Under the pieces are notes generated by a model. It ran no database searches. It had not been told where the DNA came from and worked only from the letters and a program-made list of their open reading frames with translations. From an uncultured Acidimicrobiaceae bacterium (GTDB lineage: Bacteria; Actinomycetota; Acidimicrobiia; Acidimicrobiales; Ilumatobacteraceae): a stretch of DNA of 64,000 nt. Shown here one piece after another: positions 18,979 through 28,745 of this stretch. Location of the stretch: contig CAVSZY010000007.1 of the NCBI GenBank assembly GCA_963732585.1, forward strand, positions 98,807 through 162,806. Direction: 5' to 3'. The position numbers were made by a program, and so were the translations under genes. Each line of letters starts with the position of its first letter. Positions within the stretch are counted from its first letter, which is position 1.

Positions 18979-19968
18979 ATGCCAAGCGCACTCATTACCG
19001 GTATCACTGGGCAGGACGGTCGATTCCTCGCCGAATTGCTCCACGAGAAGGGGTATAAGGTCTACGGCTTGCTCAAGGGGCAGAATAACCCGAAGAGCAC
19101 GCTGATTCGCGATGAGCTGCCCTTCGTCGAACTGGTGCAGGGCGACCTGTGCGACCTGCCGAGCCTGATTCACGCCGTCGAGTCGACGCAGCCGAACGAG
19201 GTCTACAACCTCGGGGCGATCTCGTTCGTGGCGATGAGCTTCAACCAGGCCGAGTTGACCGCCAACGTCACCGGGCTCGGCGTGATGCGCATGCTGGAGG
19301 CGATCCGTAACGTCGGCGGCAGCCAGAACAACCCGATCAAGTTTTACCAAGCCAGCTCCTCGGAGATGTTCGGCAAGGTCCGCGAGACACCGCAGACCGA
19401 AATGACGCCGTTCCATCCGCGCAGCCCATATGGCTGCGCCAAGGTCTTCGGCCACGACATCACCGTCAACTACCGCGAGAGCTACAACCTGTTCGCCTGC
19501 TCGGGCATCTTGTTCAACCACGAAAGCGAGCGTCGCGGCCTGGAATTCGTGACCCGCAAGATCACCAACGCCGTGGCCCGCATCAAGCTGGGTCTGCAGA
19601 GCGAACTGGTGTTGGGCGATCTCGAACCACGCCGCGACTGGGGTTACGCCGGCGACTACGTCAAGGCGATGTGGCTGATGCTGCAACAGCCCGAACCAGA
19701 GGACTACGTCGTGGCCACTGGCGAGACGTATCAGGTCAAGGAATTCGTTCGCCTGGCCTTCGAAGCGGCGGGTATCGACAACTGGCAGGACTACGTCCGT
19801 CAGGATCCGAAGTTCTTGCGTCCAGCGGAAGTCGATCTTCTGGTCGGCGACTCCACCAAGGCGCACACCAAGTTGGGCTGGAAGCGAGAGGTCTCGTTCC
19901 CCGAACTGGTCAACCGCATGGTGGCTAACGACCTGAAGGTCGAAGCCGCGGCGATGGACAGGGCGTAA
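18979..19968 (+). CDS. gmd: GDP-mannose 4,6-dehydratase
   Basis: Trimmed to the ATG at 18979 (MPSALITGITGQDGRFLAELL). SSSEMFG, SPYGCAKV, ILFNHESERRG motifs. Confidence 0.9.
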   Translation: MPSALITGITGQDGRFLAELLHEKGYKVYGLLKGQNNPKSTLIRDELPFVELVQGDLCDLPSLIHAVESTQPNEVYNLGAISFVAMSFNQAELTANVTGLGVMRMLEAIRNVGGSQNNPIKFYQASSSEMFGKVRETPQTEMTPFHPRSPYGCAKVFGHDITVNYRESYNLFACSGILFNHESERRGLEFVTRKITNAVARIKLGLQSELVLGDLEPRRDWGYAGDYVKAMWLMLQQPEPEDYVVATGETYQVKEFVRLAFEAAGIDNWQDYVRQDPKFLRPAEVDLLVGDSTKAHTKLGWKREVSFPELVNRMVANDLKVEAAAMDRA

Positions 19969-19973
19969 TTCCG

Positions 19974-20297
19974 ATGGCTGTCGACCAGACATCTGGTTCG
20001 CTCGACGCGGAACTGGAATCGCTGCGAGCTGAGGTGCGCCACCTCCGCGAGCTGGTCGGTCCAAGCGAGGAGTCGTACGCCAAGTTGCGCCTCGACGTCC
20101 TCGGCGCTCGCGACGCAGCGATCGGTGCCGAGTTGGAGGCTGGGCGGATCAAGGGCCGTGTGCTCGCCCTGGAAGCGGAAGTGACGCGTTTGCAGCGCGA
20201 TCAGACTTGGTTCCGTGAGCGAGTTGTGATGCAGATCAAGGGAGTGCGTCACAAGTCGCCGACCCTTGGCAAGGTCATCACCCGCCTCAGCCGGTGA
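19974..20297 (+). CDS. small coiled-coil protein with basic C-terminal tail
   Basis: 107 aa; LDAELESLRAEVRHLRELV...LEAEVTRLQRDQ heptads, tail KGVRHKSPTLGKVITRLSR. 5 nt after gmd and 7 nt before the GT2. Confidence 0.5.
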   Translation: MAVDQTSGSLDAELESLRAEVRHLRELVGPSEESYAKLRLDVLGARDAAIGAELEAGRIKGRVLALEAEVTRLQRDQTWFRERVVMQIKGVRHKSPTLGKVITRLSR

Positions 20298-20304
20298 GTT
20301 GTCG

Positions 20305-21900
20305 ATGAGCCCCCGATTCTCGATCGTCACTCCCGTCTATGATCCGCCTGCCGATGTCCTGCAGGAGATGATCGACAGCATTCGTCAGCAATCGTTCGCC
20401 GATTGGGAACTGCTGTTGATCGATGATTGTTCGCCGGGCGCTCACGTGTTGCCGATTCTGCGCCAGGCTGCGGCGTCGGACGCCCGAATCAAGGTCATCG
20501 TCCGCGAGCGCAACGGCGGCATCGTCGCTGCATCGAACGACGGCCTGGCGACAGCTACTGGCGAATTTGTCGGCCTGGTCGACCATGACGACACGATCGA
20601 GTGGCGGGCGCTCGAGGTGATCGACGAGTTCGCCAAGCAGTTCCCAGACATGGACTACAGCTACAGCGACGAAGATCAGATCACCCCTGATGGTCGCTAT
20701 GTCCACCCGTTTTACAAGCCGGATTGGTCGCCAGAACGACTACGAAGCCAGAACTACTGCAGCCACTTCTCGGTGTTTCGCAAGACGCTGCTCGACGAGA
20801 TCGGCGGCTTCCGCCAAGGATTCGACGGATCGCAAGATCACGACCTCACGTTGCGGGCCACCGAGAAAGCGCGCCGTGTCGTGCACATCCCTTGGGTGTT
20901 GTATCACTGGCGACAGCTGGCAACGTCGGTGGCCGGCGACCCCAACGCCAAACCATACGCCTATGAGGCTGGTCGCAAGGCGGTGCAAGAGCACTGTGAT
21001 CGAGTGGGCATCAAGGCCACCGTCGAGCTCAGCACACCGCTCGGCACCTACCGTGTTCGTCGAGCAATCGAGGGCGACCCGCTGATCAGTGTGATCATCC
21101 CGACGTGCGGCTCGATCGGGCGTCCGTGGGGCGTGGAACGCTGCTATGCCGTCGGAGCAATCGAATCGGTACGGGCACACACCAGTCGTCGGGTCGAATT
21201 CGTGCTGGTCGTTGATGATTGGACCGACCCTGCGCGGGTCGCAGCGATGAAACGGGCGGCGGGCGATTGCCCGGTCAAGGTCGTGTGGTTCACCGAGGAG
21301 TTCAACTTCAGTGCCAAGGTCAACCTCGGTGCCGTGCACGCCAGCGGCGACCTGTTGCTGTTCCTCAACGATGACATCGAAGTGATCACCGATGAGTTCC
21401 TCGATCCGCTGATTCCGCTGGCGCTCGAACCAGGTGTGGGTGCGGTCGGCTGCAAACTGTTCTTCGCCGATGGGCGACTGCAACACGCCGGTCACGTCTA
21501 CAACGGAAACCCATTCCACATCTTCTTCCGCTGGTCTGGCGACGAGTTGGGGATCGCCGCGCTGCTCTGCGTCGAGCGTGAGGCCATCGGCGTCACGGCG
21601 GCGTGCATGATGATCACCCCCGAGCACTTCGAGCAGGTCGGCGGGTTTTCGACGTTGTTCCCGGCCAACTTCAACGATGTCGATTTCAATCTCAAGTTGA
21701 ACCACATCGGCCTGCGTCAGATCTGGACGCCGTGGAGCGAGTTGTATCACTTCGAGTCGGCGTCACGGAACCCAACGGTGACCGACGAAGAGCATGAGAT
21801 GCTGCGCATCCGCTGGAACGAGCGCCTGATCGGCGACCCGTACTACAACCACAACCTTGCACCGCACCGCGACGATTGGGTCGAGAAGGGTCTGCGCTAG
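20305..21900 (+). CDS. two-domain family-2 glycosyltransferase
   Basis: Trimmed to the ATG at 20305. Domain 1 FSIVTPVYDPP..LLLIDDCS..VDHDD; domain 2 ISVIIPTCG..LVVDDW..FLNDDIE. Confidence 0.8.
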   Translation: MSPRFSIVTPVYDPPADVLQEMIDSIRQQSFADWELLLIDDCSPGAHVLPILRQAAASDARIKVIVRERNGGIVAASNDGLATATGEFVGLVDHDDTIEWRALEVIDEFAKQFPDMDYSYSDEDQITPDGRYVHPFYKPDWSPERLRSQNYCSHFSVFRKTLLDEIGGFRQGFDGSQDHDLTLRATEKARRVVHIPWVLYHWRQLATSVAGDPNAKPYAYEAGRKAVQEHCDRVGIKATVELSTPLGTYRVRRAIEGDPLISVIIPTCGSIGRPWGVERCYAVGAIESVRAHTSRRVEFVLVVDDWTDPARVAAMKRAAGDCPVKVVWFTEEFNFSAKVNLGAVHASGDLLLFLNDDIEVITDEFLDPLIPLALEPGVGAVGCKLFFADGRLQHAGHVYNGNPFHIFFRWSGDELGIAALLCVEREAIGVTAACMMITPEHFEQVGGFSTLFPANFNDVDFNLKLNHIGLRQIWTPWSELYHFESASRNPTVTDEEHEMLRIRWNERLIGDPYYNHNLAPHRDDWVEKGLR

Positions 21901-21903
21901 GCC

Positions 21904-24165
21904 GTGGAGGTGCCCGCAGCGCCGCGCCCCCGTGTGTGCGTGGTCGTGCCGCACGGCACATGGCTGCTGGAACCGCTCGCCGATGCGCTCCGAGACACTG
22001 GCGCGGCGTCAGACATCGTCGCAATCTGGGCAGGTGACCCGCACTCGCGCCCGGTGCTGAGCGAGCTTGGGATCGATTGGTGCCAGCCCGACGAACCCAC
22101 GGGGATCGGTTGGAATCGATTGCTGGCCGCCCTGCCCAGCGCCCATTACGAATGGGCAGTGGCCTGCGCCGCGGTGACCGAGATGTTGCGAACCGATCCG
22201 ACGCCGGTCGTCGTGCTGCGAGCCGGCTCCGTCGGTGTTCTCGGCGCGTTGAACGTGCTCGTCAGTGATCACCCTTTGACCCTCATCGAGCGGGTGAGCG
22301 ATCCCGCCGAGTTGGGCAACGATGGGCTTGCTCCCAACGAGGCAGATCTCATCCGACGGGGCCGCTTCATCGAGTCCCTTGCCTGTTTCGGTCCCGGTGC
22401 TGGCGCGGCGTTGTCCTGGCTCGGCGAGCAGTTGACGATTCATGCCGATGTTGCCGTCGGGGCCTTTTTGGAACGGTGCGCGGCGCGTTTTGGCTGGGCC
22501 TCACCACCGGGCGGATCGGTCTTGGTCGCTGGCTGGATGGCAACCCTCGAACGCCCGCCCGCGGCGGTCGATATCGACAACCTCGATCGTCAGCATCCGT
22601 GGTGTTTCCGCTTCGAAGGCGGCCCGGCGCGAATTCGGCTGTCGCAGCACCCAGCAATGGCGGCGGCGGTGGCCGATGCCGTCGAGCAATGCCAAGGAAT
22701 GCGCACGCAGCTACGGCTTCCTGGAGGGTCGGACGTCGATCCGGCGATCCGCTCGCTGGTCGGCGAGGCGATCGTTCTCTGGCGACGTGGCGAGGGCGAC
22801 CTGCCGCCGCAACCTTGGTCTGACAAGCATTCCGAGTTCGTTGCCTGGCTGGAGTCACCGCCGCCAGCAACCGTCGACATTGGCCGTTATTGGCTCGCGC
22901 TACGCGAGACACGACCTGACCTGCTCTCGGCGTTTTCCCACGCCCATGGACGCGACGGCGCCGCCTTTCGCCGATGGATCGAGGATTCGTGGCGCATAGA
23001 GAATCGCCCGCCGCTGATTCGCTCGACAAACGCGACCTTGGAACCGATTCGCTCGACGACGTTCGATCCCCACGGTCTGAACGTGCTCGGTTACCTCGAC
23101 TACGACCAGAGCCAAGGTCACATCGCCCGCCAGATCGTGGCCGCCCTGCAACAGGCGACGTGTCCGGTTCGCCAACTCAACCATCACCGCAGCCTCGGCG
23201 CGCCGCGTGCCTCCAGAGTCACCGATCCACGCCAGGCGATCTACAAGACCAACGTCGTCGTCGTCAACGCCGACCAGTTCGAATTCGTCGTCGCCGATCA
23301 CGCCAAGGGACTCCTCGCCGACCGGCATACGATCGGCTACTGGTTCTGGGAGTTGGAGCATGTGCTTCCACGCATGATCGCGGCCACGGGTTTCGTGGAC
23401 GAAATCTGGGCGGGCTCACAGTTCATCACTGACGCCTTCGCCGCGGTGACCAGCACGCCCGTTCGTCGGGTCAGCCTGCCGATCGAGGAACCGCAGCCAT
23501 CGCTGTTGGGTCGGGCCGACTTCAACCTGCCCGAGGACCGCTTCGTCTTCCTCTGTACCTTCGACCAATACAGCGTGCCGGAGCGCAAGAATCCATTCTC
23601 CGTGATCCGCGCATTTCGCCAGGCGTTTGCCGATGGCCAAGGCCCAATCCTGTGGATCAAGACGCTCAACGGCGATCGTGCGTGGCGTCAGCATGAGCGT
23701 TTGCTGCTGGCCGCCGCGGGGCGAAGCGACATCATCGTGTGGGACAAGCATCTCAGCCGCAGCGATCAGATGGCGGTGCTCAACACCGCCGACTGTTTGG
23801 TGTCGCTGCACCGTTCCGAGGGCCTCGGGCTGCACTGCGGCGAGGCGATGTGGCTGGCCAAGCCGGTGATCGCCACTCGCTATTCCGGAAACCTCGACTT
23901 CATGACCGACGACAATTCGGCGTTGATCGACTTCACGATGATCCCTGTCTCGCACGGCGATGGCATCTATCCGCCCGCGGCCTCGTGGGCTGACCCGTCG
24001 ATTGACCACGCCGCCGAGTGGATGCGCCGCCTGGCGCAGGACGCAGGGTTGGCGAGGAGACTTGGTCTCGCCGGGCAGGCGACGATGCGCGCCCAGCCCT
24101 CGCTCGCCGAGGCCGGGCGAATGATGGCTACGCTCGCTGGCGTGCACGGCACCTGGACAGACTGA
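21904..24165 (+). CDS. large glycosyltransferase: unknown N-terminal about 400 aa plus C-terminal GT4 domain
   Basis: 753 aa from a GTG. C-terminal LVSLHRSEGLGLHCGEAMWLAKPVIATRYSGNLDF GT-B motif; N-terminal half unrecognised. Confidence 0.75.
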   Translation: MEVPAAPRPRVCVVVPHGTWLLEPLADALRDTGAASDIVAIWAGDPHSRPVLSELGIDWCQPDEPTGIGWNRLLAALPSAHYEWAVACAAVTEMLRTDPTPVVVLRAGSVGVLGALNVLVSDHPLTLIERVSDPAELGNDGLAPNEADLIRRGRFIESLACFGPGAGAALSWLGEQLTIHADVAVGAFLERCAARFGWASPPGGSVLVAGWMATLERPPAAVDIDNLDRQHPWCFRFEGGPARIRLSQHPAMAAAVADAVEQCQGMRTQLRLPGGSDVDPAIRSLVGEAIVLWRRGEGDLPPQPWSDKHSEFVAWLESPPPATVDIGRYWLALRETRPDLLSAFSHAHGRDGAAFRRWIEDSWRIENRPPLIRSTNATLEPIRSTTFDPHGLNVLGYLDYDQSQGHIARQIVAALQQATCPVRQLNHHRSLGAPRASRVTDPRQAIYKTNVVVVNADQFEFVVADHAKGLLADRHTIGYWFWELEHVLPRMIAATGFVDEIWAGSQFITDAFAAVTSTPVRRVSLPIEEPQPSLLGRADFNLPEDRFVFLCTFDQYSVPERKNPFSVIRAFRQAFADGQGPILWIKTLNGDRAWRQHERLLLAAAGRSDIIVWDKHLSRSDQMAVLNTADCLVSLHRSEGLGLHCGEAMWLAKPVIATRYSGNLDFMTDDNSALIDFTMIPVSHGDGIYPPAASWADPSIDHAAEWMRRLAQDAGLARRLGLAGQATMRAQPSLAEAGRMMATLAGVHGTWTD

Positions 24166-24176
24166 CAGGGGACCTC

Positions 24177-24458
24177 ATGGGACGGCTTCGACAACGCGTT
24201 GCGTGGATTATCAAGGGAGAAAATTTCACTAAGAGTGCATTAACCTCCTATGCTGAAGACCTGCGGGCCTTGCAGCAGAAGGTGGCGCGCCTTGAAGCGA
24301 GCGTCGAGAGTTTGTCCGACACCCGAGATCAGCGAGCGGAACAGGCCCAGCAATCGCTCATCGCTGTACGCAGCGAAGTCGGCGATCTGGCGACGCAGAT
24401 GCAAACGGTGGCCCGCGATCTCGGGGATCGCATCGGCTCATTGTCGCAACGACTCTAG
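24177..24458 (+). CDS. small coiled-coil protein
   Basis: 93 aa from the ATG at 24177; LRALQQKVARLEASVESL...DLATQMQTVARDLGDRIGSL. Confidence 0.5.
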   Translation: MGRLRQRVAWIIKGENFTKSALTSYAEDLRALQQKVARLEASVESLSDTRDQRAEQAQQSLIAVRSEVGDLATQMQTVARDLGDRIGSLSQRL

Positions 24459-24489
24459 ATCGGGTCTTGATCTGCCGATATCGGCAGTG

Positions 24490-27156
24490 ATGTTGAAATC
24501 GTTCTTCTCTCGCACGCTCGCCGTTGCACTGATCGTTGCCTCGCTGACTATCGCCGATCCCGCAGGACTACCCCCCGAGGCCGATGCCTGGGTATCGGGT
24601 ACGCCGACAGCGATGGGGATGGTGCTCTCGCCCGACGGGTCGCTGTCGAGCTCAGGAGATTTTGCTACCGACACCTTCTCCGATCCCTGGGATTTCTCCA
24701 ATGCGGACGACGTCATCCCGGTGAACCACGTCGGCGTGGGTTTCGCCGACGGCGTGTCGCTGAACAACGGCGTGCTCTCCGTTGCCTCGCGCAACGGCAC
24801 CGAGATCCGACTGCTGATGCGCTGGCCAGAGGTACTGCCTTGGGGACACGACGGCTGGGCCCATCCGATCGATGCTGGCCGATACACCCAGGCGACCTTT
24901 CGGATCTATAGCGACACCACGTTGTACATGGGTGTTCGATTTCAGATGGCCAATGGTAAATGGGGAATGATCCCCTTCACGCTCAATCCCGGCTGGTCGA
25001 CGCAACAGTTCAACCTGCTCGATCGCAGTCTCTATCCGGCCTCGCACAACCCCGACGGGGCGACCTGGAGCGGCCCGATCGTTCGTTTCGAACTGTTGCG
25101 TGGCGGCGCTGCGGGGGGCAACCCGGCGGCCAACATCCAGCTCGACTGGGCGCGAGTGCATCGTGCTGACGTGCCCCGCAGCCCCGTCGCTGGTGTTCCT
25201 GTGCCTGTGGTTCTGACCCCGAACATCGAGGGTGGCGCCGACTACGCCAGTGAGGTCCGCGGCAATCCGTGGGACTTCAACAGCCTCAACGACGTCGGCG
25301 AAACCCACGACGTCAGCGGGCTGGCGATCAACAACGGCGAACTGAACGGCGTCAGCACGGCGAATGACCCGTTCGTCGAGTTGCCGACCAGCGCGGCGAT
25401 CAACGGCGACCGCTATCACCGCTTGACCCTCGACGCCTGCTACGGCGGCGGCTTCAGCCTCGATGACGTGCCGGGCGCCGGGATGGTCGGGCGCATGGCC
25501 TGGATGTCGAAGGTCTGGGGTAACTGGACCGAGACCCAGGACTTCGTGGTCTTCCCCGGTTGTCGGCGGATGACCTTGGACATGGCGACGACACCGGCGT
25601 CGGCGATCCACGACGAAAAGACGCTGGTACCGACCGGTTGGCGCGGCGTGATGCCCACGCGATTGCGCTTCGATCTCAACGAAGACCGTGGCTCCCGGGC
25701 CTTCACGATTCGTGAGGTTCGGTTGGCCGACGACGCTGCGTTCGCCAGTACCTACGACATCACCTATCTCGACGCCGCTGGTACGCCAGGTGCTGTGGCT
25801 GACATTTACGCCACCACCACTCCGGGTGCCTATAACGGGCAGACGATCGCTCGCGATCGCCCGGTCAGCGGCGGTGTCAACAGCTTTTCCTGGAATGGGC
25901 GTGACGTCAGCGGCGCGCTGATGCCCAATGCCACCTATTGGGTGTACGTGGTGATGCGTACTCCGAGCGCCGGAAACGGCGTCGGCTATGCCACTGGCCC
26001 GCTGCGCAAGGAGGCTGCCGTTCCCCCGACACCGAGCACCTATGTCCCGGTGAGCCCGATGCGTTTGCTCGATACCCGCACGGGCGAGGGCGGCAATATC
26101 TCGCCGCTCGGCCAAGGCGGGATCACCGAACTCGACGTCACCGGTGTCGGCGGAGTGCCTGAAACCAATGTGACCGCCGTGGTGCTCAACGTCACGGTCA
26201 CGGGCCCGAGCCAGGGTGGTTGGATCACCGCCTGGCCATCCGGTGAGGCCCAACCAAACGTCTCCAATCTCAACTTCTCCGCCGGGCAAACGGTGCCCAA
26301 CCTGGTCACCGTCAAGACCGGGGCCAACGGCAAGATCAATCTGTTCAATTCGACCGGGGCGAGCCACGTGATTGCCGATATCGCTGGTTACTACACCTCG
26401 AAAGCGGCGGTTTCCGGGCAATTCAAGGCACTGGCGCCAGCGCGGGTGCTCGACACCCGTAACGGCACGGGAACCGGCGGTAACCGGGCTCCGATCGGGT
26501 CGGGGGCGACGCTCAATCTCAACGTGCTCGGCGTTGGTGGTGTGCCGACATCGGGGGTCAGTGGCGTTGCGCTCAACGTCACGGTCGATGGGCCCTCAGG
26601 TGCCGGGTTTCTGACCGTCTGGCCGAGCGGCGAGCCGAGACCCAATGCCTCGACGCATAACTTCTCCCCGGGTGGCACCGTTGCCAACATGGTGCTGGCC
26701 AAGGTCGGAGCAAACGGCCAGGTGAGCATCTTCAACTCAACCGGTTCGACGCCGGTCATCGCCGACGTCATCGGCTATTTCGGTTCGAGCGGCGGCACCT
26801 TCATCCCGGTGGCGCCCACTCGCCTGGTCGATACCCGATCGGGGATTGGGGCACCGCTGGCTCCGATCGGCCCCGGCGCCACATTGCGCGCCCTGATCGG
26901 CAACGGGGCACCGATTCCGCCTTCGGCCAAGGCTGTGATCGTCAACATCACCACGGTCAATTCGACCGCCGGCGGCTTCATCACCGCCTGGCCGAGCGGG
27001 GCGACGATGCCGCTGGCCTCGACCCTCAACCCGCAGCCCGGCTCAGCGGTGCCCAACCAGGCGTACCTGCTGCTCGGCACCGGCGCCTCGATCGACATTT
27101 TCAACGCCGCCGGGTCAAGCGATGTGATCGTCGACGTCTTCGGCTACGTGAGCTGA
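24490..27156 (+). CDS. secreted multidomain protein: 2x DPWDF module, FlgD-Ig-like segment, 3x DTR-WP repeat
   Basis: Trimmed to the ATG at 24490 (MLKSFFSRTLAVALIVASLTIA signal-like). Duplicated DPWDFSN/NPWDFNS modules, FSWNGRDVSG..ATYWVYVV, then three repeats of about 120 aa. Confidence 0.7.
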   Translation: MLKSFFSRTLAVALIVASLTIADPAGLPPEADAWVSGTPTAMGMVLSPDGSLSSSGDFATDTFSDPWDFSNADDVIPVNHVGVGFADGVSLNNGVLSVASRNGTEIRLLMRWPEVLPWGHDGWAHPIDAGRYTQATFRIYSDTTLYMGVRFQMANGKWGMIPFTLNPGWSTQQFNLLDRSLYPASHNPDGATWSGPIVRFELLRGGAAGGNPAANIQLDWARVHRADVPRSPVAGVPVPVVLTPNIEGGADYASEVRGNPWDFNSLNDVGETHDVSGLAINNGELNGVSTANDPFVELPTSAAINGDRYHRLTLDACYGGGFSLDDVPGAGMVGRMAWMSKVWGNWTETQDFVVFPGCRRMTLDMATTPASAIHDEKTLVPTGWRGVMPTRLRFDLNEDRGSRAFTIREVRLADDAAFASTYDITYLDAAGTPGAVADIYATTTPGAYNGQTIARDRPVSGGVNSFSWNGRDVSGALMPNATYWVYVVMRTPSAGNGVGYATGPLRKEAAVPPTPSTYVPVSPMRLLDTRTGEGGNISPLGQGGITELDVTGVGGVPETNVTAVVLNVTVTGPSQGGWITAWPSGEAQPNVSNLNFSAGQTVPNLVTVKTGANGKINLFNSTGASHVIADIAGYYTSKAAVSGQFKALAPARVLDTRNGTGTGGNRAPIGSGATLNLNVLGVGGVPTSGVSGVALNVTVDGPSGAGFLTVWPSGEPRPNASTHNFSPGGTVANMVLAKVGANGQVSIFNSTGSTPVIADVIGYFGSSGGTFIPVAPTRLVDTRSGIGAPLAPIGPGATLRALIGNGAPIPPSAKAVIVNITTVNSTAGGFITAWPSGATMPLASTLNPQPGSAVPNQAYLLLGTGASIDIFNAAGSSDVIVDVFGYVS
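26041..27153 (+). repeat. three tandem protein-coding repeats of about 118-127 aa (26041-26421, 26422-26799, 26800-27153)
   Basis: Each unit reads P.R.(L/V)DTR ... GVGGVP ... A(V)(V/A)LNVT ... G(W/F)(I/L)T(A/V)WPSG ... N ... NS(T/A)G ... DV.GY(Y/F/V). Confidence 0.8.
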
Positions 27157-28636
27157 TCCGAGCCAAAAGCCGAGGTTGACGGCGATCACCACCGCGCTCA
27201 GGGCTCCGAACGCGACCATCAGCCAGACCTGCACCGGGGGTTGCCAGGCCACGAGCCCAGCGTCGATCGGCTGTGCCGGATTGGCGAGGCCGTAGAGGTA
27301 GCGGCGGGCGGTATGCGCCAGACAAAGGGCATGCGCGCTCGCCCAGCCGACGATGACCCAGCGCCGGGCACGTCGACCGAGGGGGAGTGGTCGGGCAACC
27401 GCCAGCAGCACCACCAGTCCGTAGGCAAAGGGCAGATAATGGCGCGTCTGCAAAGCTGGAAAATGGAACAGTCGGTAGCTCTGCGTCAGCGCGCCGAGGA
27501 TCACGGCACAGGCCGCGGCGAGCGAAGCCCCGGCGGCGAGCTTGACCCGACGGGGAGCCTTGGTGAGGGCGACAGCAACGAATATCGCCAAGGCGCAGAG
27601 CCACGGAAACCAGGCGGCGAAGGGGGCCGGGGCATCGAGCCAGCCGAAGTTGCCGACGATGTCACGCAGCAGCCCGGGCACAAAGCCGATCCCTTCACGT
27701 AGCTGGCCAAGGGTGTCGAGAGGGATCTCGCCGGCCAGGTCGCGTTCGCGTTGGCGGGGCGAACTTGGCGAGATACCACAGAAGGCTGAACCCGCTGGCC
27801 ACGGCGACGGCCAGCGATGCACCTAAGTGATTGCGTAGCAGTTTTACCGCATCACGAAGGCTCTGCCCAGACGCCAGCCAACAGCAGCCGAGGATGACCG
27901 CCACCAGCGCTGGGCCAAGTGGCCGGGCCAAGGCACAGGCGCACAAGGCCACGGCGAGTTGCCCAACGGTCGATCGTCTGGCCGTCGATCCTGCGAAGAA
28001 TTCAGCCGTCAAGAACCACGCGGCCACCGCCGCCGACATTTCGAGACCGCTGGGGTTGACCGTCGAAGCGACGAAGACCAGTGCTGGCGTCGTCACCGCC
28101 ATCAACGCCAACACGCCCGATGGTCCTCGTCGGCGGGCGGCGGCGAAGGCCATCGCCAGCAGGGCGACGCAGGCCGTGGCGTTGAGCAGTCGCGAGGCGT
28201 AGAGCGAGATCAAGCGCGGGCCGAAGACGGTGCCGGCGGCGGGGATCAAATACGGCGTCGGCGGGTAGAGACCGACGTCGAGCGGCACGGCCGTGTCGGC
28301 GTCGGGGTCGATGCCGACAGGCATGAAGCTGTGTTGGCAGGCAGGTGCCTGCGAGCGGAACCGATAGCAGGTGGGGAAGGTGTTGGCCTCGTCCCATGGG
28401 CGGTCGAGGGTCACCCTGGTGCGCCAATAGAGGATGCCGTCCGGCGGATTGACCTCTGGCTCGCCGGTCAACTGGCCACGCAACATCGCTGCAGAACGTA
28501 GGAAATGGCCGGGTTCGTCGGCGCCGCCGAACGGGGCAACGACGAGCACCCACGACAGACACAGGCTGGCAACAGCGAGACCCAACGTGGCACGCCGGCG
28601 CAACAAGGCGATGACTCGAGGCTCGACAGAGGGCAC
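27115..28636 (-). pseudogene. DUF2142-like polytopic membrane protein, interrupted by one frameshift
   Basis: Track ORFs 27695..28636 and 27115..27822 are the N- and C-halves of one protein (GGADEPGHFLRSAAM ... ERDLAGEIPL..GNFGWLDAP). The frames switch at the G4 run 27756-27759. Confidence 0.7.
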
Positions 28637-28745
28637 ACGATGACCTTAGTAAGCAACGATGGAAGTGCCGAGTGATCGCCAAGAAACCACGACATGAAAT
28701 CTGCGCTGCGTATGCTCAAAGGCGCATGAAGGAAACACGGCGAGG

